Source of the DNA: Eledone cirrhosa
Lineage: Eukaryota
Assembly: GCA_964016885.1 (NCBI GenBank)
Contig: OZ024741.1
Span: 233,120,001-233,184,000, forward strand
DNA length: 64,000 nt
Reading direction: 5' to 3'
In this document: one piece after another, positions 1 through 13,514 of the stretch
How the letters are laid out: each line of letters begins with the position of its first letter
Numbering within the stretch: position 1 is the stretch's first letter
Notes under the pieces: model-generated
Told to the model about the DNA's origin: nothing
What the model saw: only the letters and a program-made list of their open reading frames with translations
The model's database searches: none
Program-made: the position numbers and the translations under genes

Positions 1-1345
1 GAGTAATTGATAGGTTGCGAGAAGCCGCTGTTAGCTAACGCCGTTTTATAGTAGGGTGCCGCTCTGTCAAAGATAGCCTTATTAGAGGAAAGGTTTGAGA
101 TTCTAGTACTGATACTATTTACGAAGTTTCTAAAAACAGTGGGAGGGTGGCATGAGTCCTTGTGAATGTAATTAAGTTTTTCGTTAAGCTTATGGAAAGG
201 TATGTAGTGTGTGTGTGAAGGTCTAAATTAATGTCTAAGAAATCTACGCTAGAGAGGTCGGTAACTACTGTTATCCTAAGTCCTAACTCATTGAAGGTAG
301 ATGCTAAGTCTTTTTAAACCGGTGGATGTCGAATATACTATCGACGGAATATACCATCGTCGCGGTATATTCCCGTGTGGAAGTCCGGGAATCTAACACG
401 TAATATGTCTAAAATAAATAAGCCAACCAAGTCGCATTCGTCAGTACTGTCAAACGATCCCATGGCGACGTCGAATGGGTCTGAAGTTGTTGACTTCTTT
501 GCTCAGACTACTCGGTTGTTGAAGAAGAGGGTTTCCCGGCAGTGAGCGATGATTTCCCTGTCTAAACCATCGACGGTAGTGTAAGTGGTAGCAAAGTCCA
601 ACGCTTTGTTTAATAGGGTCTCTGAGATCGACGGGTAAAAATCAACAATGTCAAACTGTGTGAACTTCGCTTTTTGGGATTTGAAGGAGTTAAACCACTT
701 AATTACAGAGTCGCTGTTCTCCCACAGGAGCAGGTTGGACTTGGTCCTAATAGTCTTAACTGTGTTTCTAAGTATGGTCTAACTCACTATTCCCATATCT
801 GTGCGTGCCGGGTTTAGTAGTCTACATGTGGGGTTAGAAGTAAAGTCAACCTCGCGATCTTTCAGAGTGAGGAACGCCTCCCGCTTAGCTAGAGATTGTA
901 GCTTCTTATCTACCTTAAGGGCGGCGGCAAGTTCTTTGGCTTCTGTATTAATGTCGTGGTAGGCCATAGGGTTAGGTTTCTTATATTTGGAAGTAATATC
1001 GTTATGGGCCAGGTGGCGGTAAGTGGTGTTGTCGACTTCGTAAATATTAGTTTTGTCGGAAAGAACAAAAGTGTTATTAGAAGACCTAAGTTTCTTAATA
1101 TCATTTCTAAGTTTAGTTTGAAAGGTGTTAGGGTCTTTGCGAAAGGAAATGTTAGCGACTAAGTCAAGAAGGTCCGCCTCGAAAGGAACAAATTCAGTTA
1201 CCTTAGGAGGGTAGGCTCTCGATTTCAGGTTGAAGGTGTTATTGGTGCCTGTAATTTTGCTGTCAAAGGCTAGGGCTAGCCATCTTAAGCGTCTGACGAC
1301 ATCTTCCGCTTTTTGTAGGAGAAGCTTTTGGTAAACGTAGATTAA
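1..1345 (-). mobile_element. Penelope-like element (probably Hydra clade) reverse transcriptase fragment, decayed, running off the window start
   Basis: ORF 779-1429 contains AFLTLKD..FTSNPTCRLLNPARTDMG. Reading on toward position 1 gives FDIVDFYPSI, FDVAMGSFD and GIYRDDG, which are PLE RT motifs. Stops and frameshifts are present. Confidence 0.8.
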
Positions 1346-2019
1346 AGGATAAATTCTACCTATATAGCACAACATTCTTCTCATTTTGAGCAATCTATTC
1401 ACCAATCTTGAACGTCCTTTTCTACACATGCGCCACCAGTGTTATAACGATGTTCTTCTTCCAGCTCACCTTTTCCAGGATTTCCGCCTGAAGTTCCTTA
1501 TCCTCCAATCTGGTGTCATCGGGTGGAGAAGATAACTCTCATAATACCGGATCTTCTTGTGTAGGATAGAAGAACGACCTTCTGTTATGAAGCTTAGCTG
1601 CGAATCCGTTGAATAAATAAATCTGGACAAAACTCCAGGTTTCATTTGGGAAGTAGGAATGGTGATTGTGATGAAAAATGAACACCGATAAGCAGTTGTC
1701 TCAATACTTTCATGTACTACACTTCTGACAAACGAATGACCTGAAGAAAGGAATGACATTTATTTAACCTATCTGAAATTAGTTACATTTCTAATACAAA
1801 TTTCCTATAGCCATATATATGGACAATATTGTCTCTATGATCATCTTCTTCTCTATTGTCATCTCCTTTACGGTCATCATTTATATATTGCTCTTAACCT
1901 TTCTATGATTATCATGTCTATGGAGCCTGATGAAGTTGCTACTGTATTTATTATAATGGTGTTAACCTTGAAACTACTAGACGCAACGATTTTGACGATT
2001 AGTATAATATACATTCTAT

Positions 2020-3690
2020 TCCTGAGGTAATCATTCACTGTAACCACAGAGCAGATGTCGCTGTGCATTGCAGCGATCCAGCCTCCGAAAACGGGCCCGA
2101 AACCGGATGTTGTGATGGCTGTTTCGATATAGTTATGGTGGACCATATCGAATGCTTTAGATTGATCTAAGTTGACCACTTTATATCGCATTGGATGGAG
2201 ATTGTCATGAATGGATCTGTTTGGGATGGCGCATGTTTGCACTTCACCTAACAGATCACCGATGAAAAGCGCCAATTTTGACGCAAACACAATAGCCAAC
2301 ATTTTATTTCTGTATTTATCAAAGATATATGAAAAAGAATCATCAATATGTTCCCCAATATTCGTGTTTAGTCTCTACAGCGCCAATGCTCCACAACTTA
2401 CAGAACTGGTAGTTATCCCGTTCTTCTGCCATTCGCAGTAGACATTGCTAAGAGGTCAAAGAATAAGTCTGGCATTGAAACGCAAATCTTATAGGGCAGA
2501 CAATCAAAACCAGACGTCTTGCCGCTCATGCATCTAATCATCGCCTCCTGTATCTCAGTAGAATTTATCGGCCTTTCGTAATAGGGCGCCGCTAGGGCCA
2601 TCCGAACGGCTTTTGTCTCCTTGTCACTTAGAGAAGACACCCTTGCTCTGATAACGAAGTCTTCATGTTTTGCGTTGAAGAACTCGTCGAGATCCAAGGA
2701 CACCACAAGCACGTCGGTGGCCTTGTCTTCCATACAAGCTTCTTCTAGCTCTCTAACTTGCTCACCATCTAGTAAAGATTTCTTTATCGATGCTCCTTTA
2801 ATAAACTTCATCCATTTTTTTCTCTAATGGCGCTTTCCAGGGTAAACCACCACTTCTTGTTGACGAATGCTCCCTTCAAAGCCGCTTTAATAATTCACTT
2901 CTCCGGTCTCTGCAGTCTTTGTGCGCCGTCAAGGACGCTTTCAGCTACTTCTAACCGGGTCCCCCTTTGTGAAGCTTAACGAAGTAAACTACACATATCA
3001 CAAATTCGAGTTCTGTGTAGTTGACTATTTTGTACTGTGGACAGCTTTTGCTAACTTTATATACTTCCCAGCAAATTTCCATATCTAGTTACGATCTGGA
3101 TGAGACGATGAAATTTGTCCATTTCCGCATCGGCACATTCTGGAAATCCAGTCGGTACCTGTCAGACAATTGGATACGTCTGAGCAGGTTTACTAGGATT
3201 CTACACCATTCTCCACAATTTTCTAACTCCACACATTCCCAGCATGCATCAAAGATACTGTTTTAGTCGCCTACGAACACAAATAGTGGGGTGTTCCTAG
3301 AAAGGCCTCGATGCACCTGAACAAATGAGACAGTATTGCTCCTGTCGGGGCATAGAGAGTCACAGCCTGCAAACAAACCCTTTGCAGCTGGCCACGTACT
3401 GCTCTACCAACTTACGTTCTGGGTCGAAGAAGATGGTCCGTATCGTGATATTCAAACTTTCCGAAAAGAAACTGTGACTCCGCCTCCATATCTCGGGCGA
3501 CTTGGATTCGTAGTCGCCGAAACTCTGTGAGAAGGCTCCTGTCTCGGAAATTCTGGTCTCGTTGATGGCCAACACTTCTATGTTGAGTAAGCCGAGGTCA
3601 TTGAGCGGGTGGCCCTGCTTCCACGACGACTCCAGGTCATTTGGATTTATACTGCCTATTCTGTGCAAAACCATGTTGAATGAAGTGATA
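2020..3690 (-). mobile_element. Decayed copy of Tx1/L1-type ORF2 (APE endonuclease plus start of RT), same lineage as 13515-16933
   Basis: Fragments RIGSINPNDLESSWKQGHPLNDL..AINETRISE, FFNAKHEDFVIRARV and QTCAIPNRSIHDNLH..NLDQSKAFD are collinear with the intact ORF2 at 13.5-15.4 kb. Many stops. Confidence 0.85.
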
Positions 3691-4006
3691 TTCGCTAAAC
3701 ATTCATCCGACAAACAATCGGAGTGTTTTTAAAGACTCCACTATATACATAGACATTCCCACATAGAGATGCAAGCACTAAACACACACACACAATACAG
3801 ACAAACACACAACCACACACATTTATATATATATATATATATATATATAGTCTGAAATGATCGGCGCAGTGTGATCTTAACACACACTTATTTACATATC
3901 TATTGATATAAAATAAATTTGTAATATTGATATCTCAATTACATTTCTAGAATTTTATATAGTAAAAGATATCTGAATAATGGTGTCAATATGTTGATAT
4001 TTTCAG

Positions 4007-4143
4007 CATGGGCGGTTGAAAAGTTCGGCGTAAATTGTAGTAAAACATGCCATTGTATCAACAGTATAAACTGTAACAAAGTAACTGGTGCATGTTCAGA
4101 TGGATGTTCTAAAGGTTATGTTGGGAACAATTGTGTCAAGAAG
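4007..4143 (+). CDS. Isolated exon encoding a laminin/MEGF-type EGF-like repeat
   Basis: tttcag acceptor at 4001-4006 and aag|gtattt donor. Translates as WAVEKFGVNCSKTCHCINSINCNKVTGACSDGCSKGYVGNNCVKK, with typical EGF cysteine spacing. Partner exons were not identified. Confidence 0.65.
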
Positions 4144-4203
4144 GTATTTTATCAATAAGTTTCTCACGCTCTTACTCAATCTTCCTCTCTCTGTATACAC
4201 ACC

Positions 4204-4280
<77 letters not shown>

Positions 4281-4297
4281 ACTATTATTATTATTAA

Positions 4298-4840
4298 GCC
4301 CTGGGGATTTCCATTTGCTGGATTTTCTATGAGCTAAACGCAGATATTCAACTGTTATATTTTCCCATGTTTGTTCCTCAGGGTGAGCTGTATCTTTCAT
4401 TTTTCTGTCTCTCCATGGGGCATGTATATTATGAACTTTTTCTTCGGCCTATTGATTTAGCAATTATTGTTGACTTGCCAATTTTTCTGTAGAAGTTTTT
4501 TTGTTTGTTTTTGAACATATTATTGTCCTTATAGAATGTAGAGCATTTTTAAAAGCGCCTTTTACAAGCAGCTTTGGCCGACACTTTTTGCTTGATTGTT
4601 TCTATCAGCATGTCTATGTCACTTGTTGATTTTATATTATATTTTTTAACATATTCACCTATTTTGTAGTTTGCTAAAATTTCTATGTCAGATCGGAGAA
4701 TTTTTATTTGGCGATTGATGTTCTCTTGCTAAATAGGTTTTTTGTGGGAATTCCTTTGTTTTTTCATTTTCACTCCACATAAGTCAGTGGTGACTTTAGC
4801 CGATGCATAGTAGAGATGATTTAGATCAGTAATGTTTAGT
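4298..4840 (-). mobile_element. Internal fragment of an R4/Dong-type LINE ORF (region just N-terminal of RT)
   Basis: Translates with stops to HLYYASAKVTTDLCGVK and ends at KSSKWKSPG, equivalent to KLTNWKSPGPDG in the full-length copy. Bounded by (TTA)n on both sides. Confidence 0.65.
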
Positions 4841-4863
4841 TTATTATTATTATTATTATTGTT

Positions 4864-5370
4864 CTTTGAGTCTCAGTCATTGATGTTATTTAACTGGAAA
4901 GTTTGTTGAAATGAATATCAAGCCGCTACCTGCAGCCTCAGACATTCAGGTAGTATCGGAGGGTTCTTGCTGTTCCCAGCAAGCATGCCTTTTGAAGTGT
5001 TCCAAAAAGCGGGGCTGGACTAATCTTCTTTAACCATCCTTGGAAACTCTTTGAGATAGTACCTAGTGCGCCTATGACAATCGGGACAACCTTGATTTCA
5101 TGGCAGTTCCAAATCCTTTTTAACTCTCAATTTAAATCCTGGTATCGGTTAATTTTCTCCCTCTCCTTTTCTTGCACTCTCGTGTCAAATGGGCAGGCTA
5201 CATCTACAATCAGGCACAATCTTTTTTCTTTGTCCAAAACCACCAGTTCAGGCCTATTGTGTTCTAATTTCTTGTCCGTCTACATCCTAAAATCCCATAG
5301 CACCTTCACCTGGTCGTTTTCTATCACCGACTCTGGCTTATGCTCATACCACTTCTCAGAATATGGTAAA
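4864..5370 (-). mobile_element. 5'-truncated R4/Dong family A copy (RLE endonuclease plus 3' UTR)
   Basis: Near-identical to 7724-8232. Encodes EKWYEHKPESVIENDQVKVLWDF..RPELVVLDK. The 3' end runs into (TAA)n. Confidence 0.9.
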
Positions 5371-5394
5371 TTATTATTATTATTATTATTATTA

Positions 5395-7690
5395 CAGTTG
5401 CATTTATCTTGCTTTATGTTCATACGAGTTATCACCAAGTCACAACCAGTGACCTCAAGAGACAACAAGGTCCGCCATGTTCAAGAAAGAACATACATAC
5501 TCACATCTTTAGTGTTTAGACTTGTGATGTACTTATATTGACAGAATCTTCCTTAGTATATGGGCAGTTCCCATTAGTATCTATCTTTTGTATTTCTCCT
5601 ATACGCGGGTTTCCTGGGATTTGCGATAAGTAATCATTAGACCGCTTAGGTATCATTTCCAGAGCGCCCACAACCACTGGTATTGTTTTAGTTCTCAATT
5701 TCCACATTTTTCCAATTTCTATCTCCAGGTCCTTATACTTGCTCAATTTTTCAAATGTTTTTATAGATACATTCTTGTCTATTGGAACGGACATATCAAT
5801 TAGCAGGCATACCCTCTTTTTAAAGTCCTTCAATATTATATCAGGTCTATTTGCATCTATTTTTTCGGTCTGTTTGGATGCTAAAGTTCCACAAGATTGA
5901 GATGTGATCTTTTTCAAGTATGGGAGGTGGTTGATGCTCCCACCAATTCTTTTGATGGGGCAGGTCAAAATTCTTACACATTATCCAATGTATGTATTGT
6001 GCAGCTCTGTCATGCCTGTTTAGGTATTCGGTTGGAGCTATAGGACTGCACATTGAAATTATATGGTCAATGGTCTCTGGTTGTTTTTTGCACACACGGC
6101 ATAATGGGCTGCATCCATTTTTTATTATGTTGGCTTGGTAATTTTTTGTTGGCAGACACTGATCTTGTGCTGATATAATCAGTCCTTCAGTCTCCGATTT
6201 CAGTCCAGAGGATGCCAACCACTGATGGGTTAAAGTGTTGTCAACATCAGGATTGTTAGCTTGTTCTGGGTATTTTCCATACAGAGGCTTTTCTTGCCAT
6301 TTCTTAGCCAGTTTCTGTAGCAGTTCTTTCTTTGCAGTTACTTTTACCTGCTTTGCTTTTTCTGTGTTTTCCATTTCAGCAGTAAATGGGACTTCTGAAA
6401 TTTGTAGTCCATTACTGTATCTTTGTGCATCTTTTGTAATGGAATATGATCTTTTGATGCTTTCGTGTTTCAAAACGAGTTTGATCATCCAATCATGTGA
6501 TTCCCTTAGATATGTAGATAATCCAATTGTTGCAGTTTTCAACGCAATGTCTAACTGGACTAACCCACATCCTCCTTCTTTCCTAGGGAGATATATTCTA
6601 TCTATATCTGCCTTAGAGTGATGCATTCTGTGCATGGTTAAGAATTTTAGAATTTTTGTATCGAGCCTACGGATCTCTGTGCTTGACCAGTTGATGACAT
6701 TGTAACTGTAGGTTACTACTGGTATGGCAAGCGTGTTTATGGCATCGATCCTATTCCTTGCATTCAATTCCGTTCTTAAGATTGCTCTTACTCTGCGGTA
6801 ACATTCCTTCCTTATCCTTTCCCTCATTGTCGAGTGCTTGATTCCGTCTCCTTCACAAACACCTAGATATTTGTAAGTTTTTTCTTGATCAAGTTCTCTT
6901 ATCACATTCCCCCGATCAAGATTAATGTCTGAACTCTTCAGCAGCTTTCCTCTGGTGAACGTTGCTTTGGCGCATTTATCTAGTCCAAACTCTATTTTAA
7001 TGTCATCACTGAACTGCTCCACAGTGGATAATAGCCCTTGCAATTGTTCATCATTTTTTGCAAATAGTTTCAGGTCATCCATGTAGAACAAGTGATTAAT
7101 GGTTTTGTCATAGACTCTATATCCATGTTTTATTTCATTGAGCATTTTACTTAATGGTATAAGTGCGATGCAGAATAAAAGCGGTGATAAAGAGTCACCC
7201 TGAAAAATTCCACAATTAATATTAACTTCTCCAGCTTCCAGTGATTCCTTTCACTATTCAAAAGGAGTGTTGTTTTCCATGACTTCATACTGAATGACAA
7301 GAACCTCCTGACAACGGGGGATATTTTGAAAGTCTCTAAACAGTTTTCAATCCAACTGTGTGGCAAACTATCGAATGCTTTTTTATAATCTATCCAAGCA
7401 ATTGATAGATTTTTGTGTCTATTATGACAATCTTCCAGTATCATTTTGTTAACCAAAGCTGATCCTTACAGCCATATGAGCCTCGTTTACACCCTTTCTG
7501 CTCAATGGGAAATAGGTCATTTGTTATCAGGTGGTCATATGTGTATTCAGTTAGGACTGATGTTAAAATTTTATACATTGTGGTCAAGCAAGTTATCGGT
7601 CTGTAATTTTGGGGATTGTTTGTCTCATCATTCTTCGGAAGCACGAATGTAATGCCGTTAACTAGCCATGATGGTATCTTTTCTGGCTCC
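5395..7690 (-). mobile_element. 5'-truncated R4/Dong family B LINE (RT, CCHC knuckle, RLE endonuclease)
   Basis: Motifs NYRPITCL, WIDYKKAFDSLPH, HLFYMDDLKLF, CRVCKKQPETIDHIISMC and RPDIILKD..IDMSVP..KLSKYKDL. A few frameshifts. (TTA)n at both ends. Confidence 0.92.
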
Positions 7691-7723
7691 TTATTATTAT
7701 TATTATTATTATTGTTGTTATTA

Positions 7724-10700
7724 CTCCTTGAGTCTCAGTCATTGATGTTAGTTAACTGGAAAGTTTGTTGGAATGAATATCAAGCCACTACCTGCAGCCT
7801 CAGATATTCAGGACGTATCGGAGGGTTCTTGCTGTTCCCAGCAAGCATGCCTTTTGAAGCGTTCCAAAAAGCGTGAAGGGGCCGATTTTCTTTAACCATC
7901 CCTGGAAACTTTTGGAGATAGTTCCTAGTGCGCCTATGACAATCGGGATCACTTTGACTTCATGGCAGTTCCAAATCCTTTTTACCTCCCACTTTAAGTC
8001 CAGGTATCGGTTAATTTTCTCCCTCTCCTTCTCTTGCACTCTCGTGTCGAATGGGCAGGCCACATCCACAATCAGGCACGATCTTTTTTCTTTGTCCACA
8101 ACGACCAGGTCAGGTCTATTGTGTTCCAGTTTCTTGTCCGTCTGTATCCTAAAATCCCACAGCACCTTCACCTGATCGTTCTCTATCACCGCCTCTGGCC
8201 TATGCTCATACCATTTCTCAGAATGTGGTAAATTGTTTACTTTTCACAGGTGCCAATGGATCACCCTGCCCATCACATCATGTCTCCAGCCCTTATAGTG
8301 GGTCTGGGCTAGGTGTTTACACTCGGATACAATGTGAGCCACAGTCTCCTCTCTCTCTCCACAGATCCTGCACAGTGGGCTAGCCTCCTCCTTGTAAACA
8401 TGGTGTTTCAACCACTTCGTTTTGAGGGCCTGCTCCTGCGCAGCCATTAACATTCCTTCTGTAGCCTTTTTAAGGTCTCTTCTTTTCAACCAGTTCCATG
8501 TCTGTGGATCTCTAAATTCAGTTTTCTCAAAGAGGGTACTATGAAGGGATTTTTCCTTAAGGCTGCTCTTTCTCCTTGATGTTATTTCCTCCTTGGACAT
8601 CCCCTGGCCTATTGTCCCCTCCTTCAGTACAGTTCTGAGCATTGGCTCCTTACTATCAGTCACGTATTTGTGTAGGTTGTTTTTCTCCATCTGAACACAG
8701 TCCTCTATGCTGATAAGACCTCTTCCACCCTCAGATCTCCTTAAGTAGAGTCTATCGACATCACTCCTCTTGTGGAACATGTTGTAGATAGTCAATTGCT
8801 TCCTAGTCTTCCTATCCATTTCTTTTTGTTCAGCAACATTCCATCTCAGAATTCCCGCACTGTTCCTAATAATAGACACAGCTCGGGAATTTACTGCGCT
8901 TATGGCATTTCTGCTGTTCAGATGTGACTTCAATACGCTCCTTACTCTCCGAATGTATTCAGTTCTTAACAATTCCTTCATTTTTTTGTTCTTTATGCCA
9001 TCAGCCTCCAGAACGCCCAAATACTTGTATCCTTCCTCAGAGTCAATTTCCTTTATCATCTCACCTGTTGGTATCTGGATTCCGTTACTTCTGCTCAACC
9101 TACCCCTCCTCATCACAATGACTCCACACTTACTAATACCAAATTGCATACATATATCACTGCTGAAAATACGGACAGTGTCAACAAGCACATCCAACTC
9201 CTCACTCTTCCCGAAGAGCTTAAGATCGTCCATGAAGAGGAGGTGATTGATGGTAAGCCCTCCCTTTCCCAACCTGTATCCTGCTCTCACTTTTCGCAGT
9301 ACACTGGTCAGGGGCATCAGGGCAAGGGCAAACAACAGAGAGGACAGGCTATCTCCCTGGAAGATACCTCTCTTGATCTTCACGCTTCCCAAGGATTCTC
9401 CAGTTGATGTCAACTCTGTTTCCCAGGACCTCATACTTTTGCCCAACAACTGTCTGATGTTATCTGCCACCTTGAAGATCTCCAGGCTTTTGGTGATCCA
9501 AGAATGAGGCACCATGTCAAATGCCTTTCTGTAGTCTATCCATCCCATGGCAAGATCAGTGTGTCTCCTCTTGCAATTCCCCATGACCATCTTATCAATA
9601 AGTAACTGGTCCTTTGTACCACGTGACTTCTTTCAGCATCCTTTCTGTTCGTCCGGTAACAAGTTGTTTGTGTGGAGGTGATGGTAGATTTCCTCAGACA
9701 CAATGCTCGTCAACAGTTTCCACATTACGGACAGACACGTGATAGGTCTATAGTTGGTAACATCATTACCCTTGATTCGGTCTTTCATTATCAGAACTGT
9801 GGTACCTTTTGTCAACCACTCTGGTACCTCACCTGACATCAAGTAGTCATTGAACATCGTTGTCAGTTTCGGGTGGAGGGATGTTATATTTTTAATCCAA
9901 TACCCCTGCACACCATCTGGGCCTGGTGATTTCCAGTTGGTTAGTTTTCTGGCCTGCCCCTTAAGAGTTTCAACTGTGATACTCAAATCAGTTTGTTGGT
10001 GTGCCTGTTCACTGATCTCCTTCTGTACTGTCTCAATCCACACTGCCTGGTCATTATCTCTAACATCCTGCTCCCATATTCCTCTCCAGAATGTTTTAGT
10101 TTGTTCCGCCTCAGGGATCAAGTCGTTGCCTCTTTCTTTCCCTTCAAGCTGTCCAAACAGCATCTTCTGGTTGTTGTCGAACATGCGGTTCTGTTTATAC
10201 TGACTGACTCTGTTCTCGTATCGCTTGATTTTTGCACTCTTTGCTACAATGCGTTGCTTCAGTTCCTCTATGATAATATTTAGCTTTTTCCTCCTAGTTT
10301 TGTACTTTATTTCCAGTCTATTTTTAGTGTCTATGTTTTTTAGTGTCCCATTCAGTAGGGACTCAAGCTTTCCAATGTCATTTCTCATTTCCCTGATTTG
10401 ACCACTCAGTCGTTTCTTCCACCAAGGCTCTGCTCTTTCTTGTCTGTTGTTTCCTCTCGCTTTTATACCAAGTAGTTTCCTCACCGTATTTGCTGTTGCT
10501 TTGAGGATATTGTTGCACTGGTGAAGGCTCCTCGCCTCAAGGTATGGGATGACTTTGTTTACCTTAGCTGTTGTTTCTTTTAACTTTTTCCTGTCTACAA
10601 ATCTTAGGTTCATAGGTCTCCCACTATCATTGTTCAATTCATCTACCACTAAATTTAGGATATCAACCAAATCTTGTCCTAGCCCGTCAGCATTCATCTC

Positions 10701-11252
10701 CACAGTGGCCGTATCTCTGTTCCAGGTTTTATTTATCTCAGTATTCAGATCATTGTCTGCTTCGGGTGGTTCCTCCGTTCTCTCGACCTCTTCACTTTCA
10801 TTTCCCACTGGCTCGTTTGCCTGGCATACTCCACCCTCCATCTCCAAGCTAATCTCTCTGCTCAGTTCCTCCAGTTCCAGCTCGCTTATCCACCCATTAG
10901 TTCTTATTACCCGAGCCTGCCCGGCCAATTTTTGTTCATCTAATTTAAATAGACCAATCTCGTTCCAGATGTTATGCATCCGTTTCCTATAGCCTTTCTC
11001 CTTGGGGTTACTTTTCAGGTAACATTGCATAACAGTTCTATTCAATTCTTTCGTCCAGTTGGTTCTGGTCCCTTTCCTTCTTCTTCTTCCTCCGACACCA
11101 GCAATATTTGGTTGACAGCCAGGTCCCTGCTGCTGAGCCAGGGAGCACCTGCTGGGTGAGAGTCTGTCACATGACATTCCAGTCTCCACTTCACCGTTAT
11201 TCGAACTGTTTAGGTTCGACATTTAAACACTCTTATCGAGGATTGGTGAATG
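7724..11252 (-). mobile_element. Apparently full-length R4/Dong family A LINE
   Basis: Single long ORF with an N-terminal Myb-like region (WTKELNRTVMQCY..GYRKRMHNIW), RT (FMDD), CCHC knuckle and RLE domain (RPDLVVVDK). Short 5' UTR. (TTA)n on both flanks. Confidence 0.95.
7800..11222 (-). pseudogene. Dong family A polyprotein ORF (~1140 codons) broken only by two in-frame TGA stops
   Basis: ORF-track pieces 9633-11222, 8244-9590 and 7800-8189 are all in one frame. The stops read QKGC*KKSRG and IHWHL*KVNN. Confidence 0.9.
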
Positions 11253-11486
11253 TATTATTATTATTATTATTATTATTGGCGACCTACGTAGGAAATCGTA
11301 TTATCGTGAGCTCCGCAAAGGTTTGTTATTTCCGTTTGTTTAAAAATTGCCATTTATGGAAAATTTTATTGTTAACTGTTTATAAGCACACATACATTGT
11401 TTACCGAAAAGGACACCTAAAAAGATTGGGGCCTTGTGCCCAAAATTTTAACTTTTATTATTATCAAAAAATTTCTTTGAAAAAGA

Positions 11487-13480
11487 ATGGCTAATTCACC
11501 TCTGCAACAAGCAGCTGAAAGCCTTCCTCACAAATTAACACCTCACACCGACACCACCATTGTAAATGTTACTACGTTTGCCAACACAAAAAAAAATATA
11601 AGCAGTAGCAATATTTTAAATTTGTCTCAGGCAGACATTCATTTCCCGCCATTACCAATGACTGCAGGTGTTAAACCCTCCACCACCACCACCACCGCGA
11701 CAACCACCACCACCACCACCACCGCGACAACAGAAACAAAAGAAGAAAAAAATAAATTAACTCGTGACGTCGAAATGAAATCAAGCAAAATGGACTCTTC
11801 CCCACCAAAGACGACTGACGTCACCACCACCACAACTGAAAATAAAATTAATATTAACGATAGCAACAACAACAACAATGACATTATAAAAGCGACCCTC
11901 AGTTTCGCCATCGTAGCAAAACAATTCGAAGCGTTCACGGTAACTCAAGAAGATTTAGAAAATGCCAAACAAATGGTAAAGAAAGATGGGTACAGGGTCA
12001 GCCTCACCCCCCCCCCCCCCCCACCTAATAAAATGGAGCATCGGCGCCTGTGCACCGTGTCGTATAGAACAATAAATGTAAAATCGCGCCGAGTGGAACG
12101 GGCATCCGAGTCCCAAATCCAAAAAGCTTTGGGACATGTGTGGGCAAGAAAAACCCACATCAGACGTGGGCAAAAGTATGGAACCGTGGATGTGTTCTTT
12201 GAAACACCAGAGGAGGCTAGAGAACACTCCATGGCCCCATTAAAAAGTGACGACCTCACACTCGTCCCAAGCTATTGTGGCCAGAGACTCGTAAAGATCA
12301 GGGTGACCCACGTTCCACCGGCCATCGAAATTCCCTGGCTAATAGCGGCTGTCATCGCCGGCATCGAGGCCAACACGAAAATAATAACAATAGCAAAAGA
12401 AAAGCAGGAAAACTGGTCCGGATCTGGGATGGAGCTCCTGATCCAAGCGGACCAAAAAAGCATTGAGGAGATCCCAGAAGTAATAGACCTCACTGACGGC
12501 AGCCACCTCACGGTAATTGTCGAGGGCAGAAGACCTAGGTGTGTCGTTTGTGGTGAAGGAACCCACCTAAGGGCTTTCTGCCCTCAGGCTAAAAGGTTGA
12601 GGCCACCTCTCCTACCCACCCCAGTGACAAAACCATCAACACCACCAGTAGCAGAGATGGCAGCAACAACTGTACAGCAACAACAGAAGCAACTATAACA
12701 GCAACAACCCCAGCAACAGTAGCAAAACCAACACCACTACCACCACCAGCAAAACCAACACCACCACCACCCAACGCTTCAGAACTAGCACCAGCGCCTA
12801 CACCATCCACCACACCACAACCAAAACTAACGGCTGTGGAGGATTTTCCACTCCCCGGCCTATCACAACTGGAGACAGATTGTGACGACGAGGAGTGGGA
12901 AACGATATCCGGAAAAAAAAAAAGAAACCAAAAAAGAAAAAATTCTCTTCCTTCCCCCTCCAAAAACAAAATACAGAGGGAAACAAATAAACTAAGAAAC
13001 AAAAAAGTTAGGACAGATATGCCACCATCCACACCAGCATCACCAACCCCATCAACCCAAACACCAACACCATCACCATCATTAACTCCAACACCACCAT
13101 CACCTACACCACAAAAGTCTCCAAAATGCGAAACAGAAACAAACCCACAACAAACGCAAACAAAACAAAACAACTAAAACGATACACACTACACAGCATT
13201 AAATTTGAACAACAAGCAATTATTGCACTACATCCAACACAACACCAGCATCACAGAAAAAGACTACACAACAACCCCAAAATTCACACCACCTCCACAC
13301 ATACAAATCACTCGCATCACACAGAAAACGTACATGACACTAAAACAAAAATTCCCCAAAGACATCGGAGACTTCCGACAAGCACTCTCCAGGAGGATTT
13401 ATAAGGACATCCTTCCTGAGGAGGCCACAAGCAGTGAAAAGGATGGAAAAACCGTCCTTCCCCTACGAGAAGTAAGGTAA
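11487..13480 (+). pseudogene. Tx1 ORF1 (RRM-like region, CCHC zinc knuckle, Pro/Thr-rich tail) with frameshifts near 12675 and 13170-13200
   Basis: Knuckle GRRPRCVVCGEGTHLRAFCP. Continuation in other frames includes EEWETISGKKKRNQKRK and 13205-13480. Confidence 0.8.
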
Positions 13481-13514
13481 GTGGTCTTTCCCATCTTTTC
13501 CACTCCTTTTCAAC

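Noticed and set aside
1466-1759. 97-aa minus-strand ORF with acceptor- and donor-like sites
   Set aside because: No recognisable domain and no partner exons. Cannot be distinguished from decayed TE sequence.
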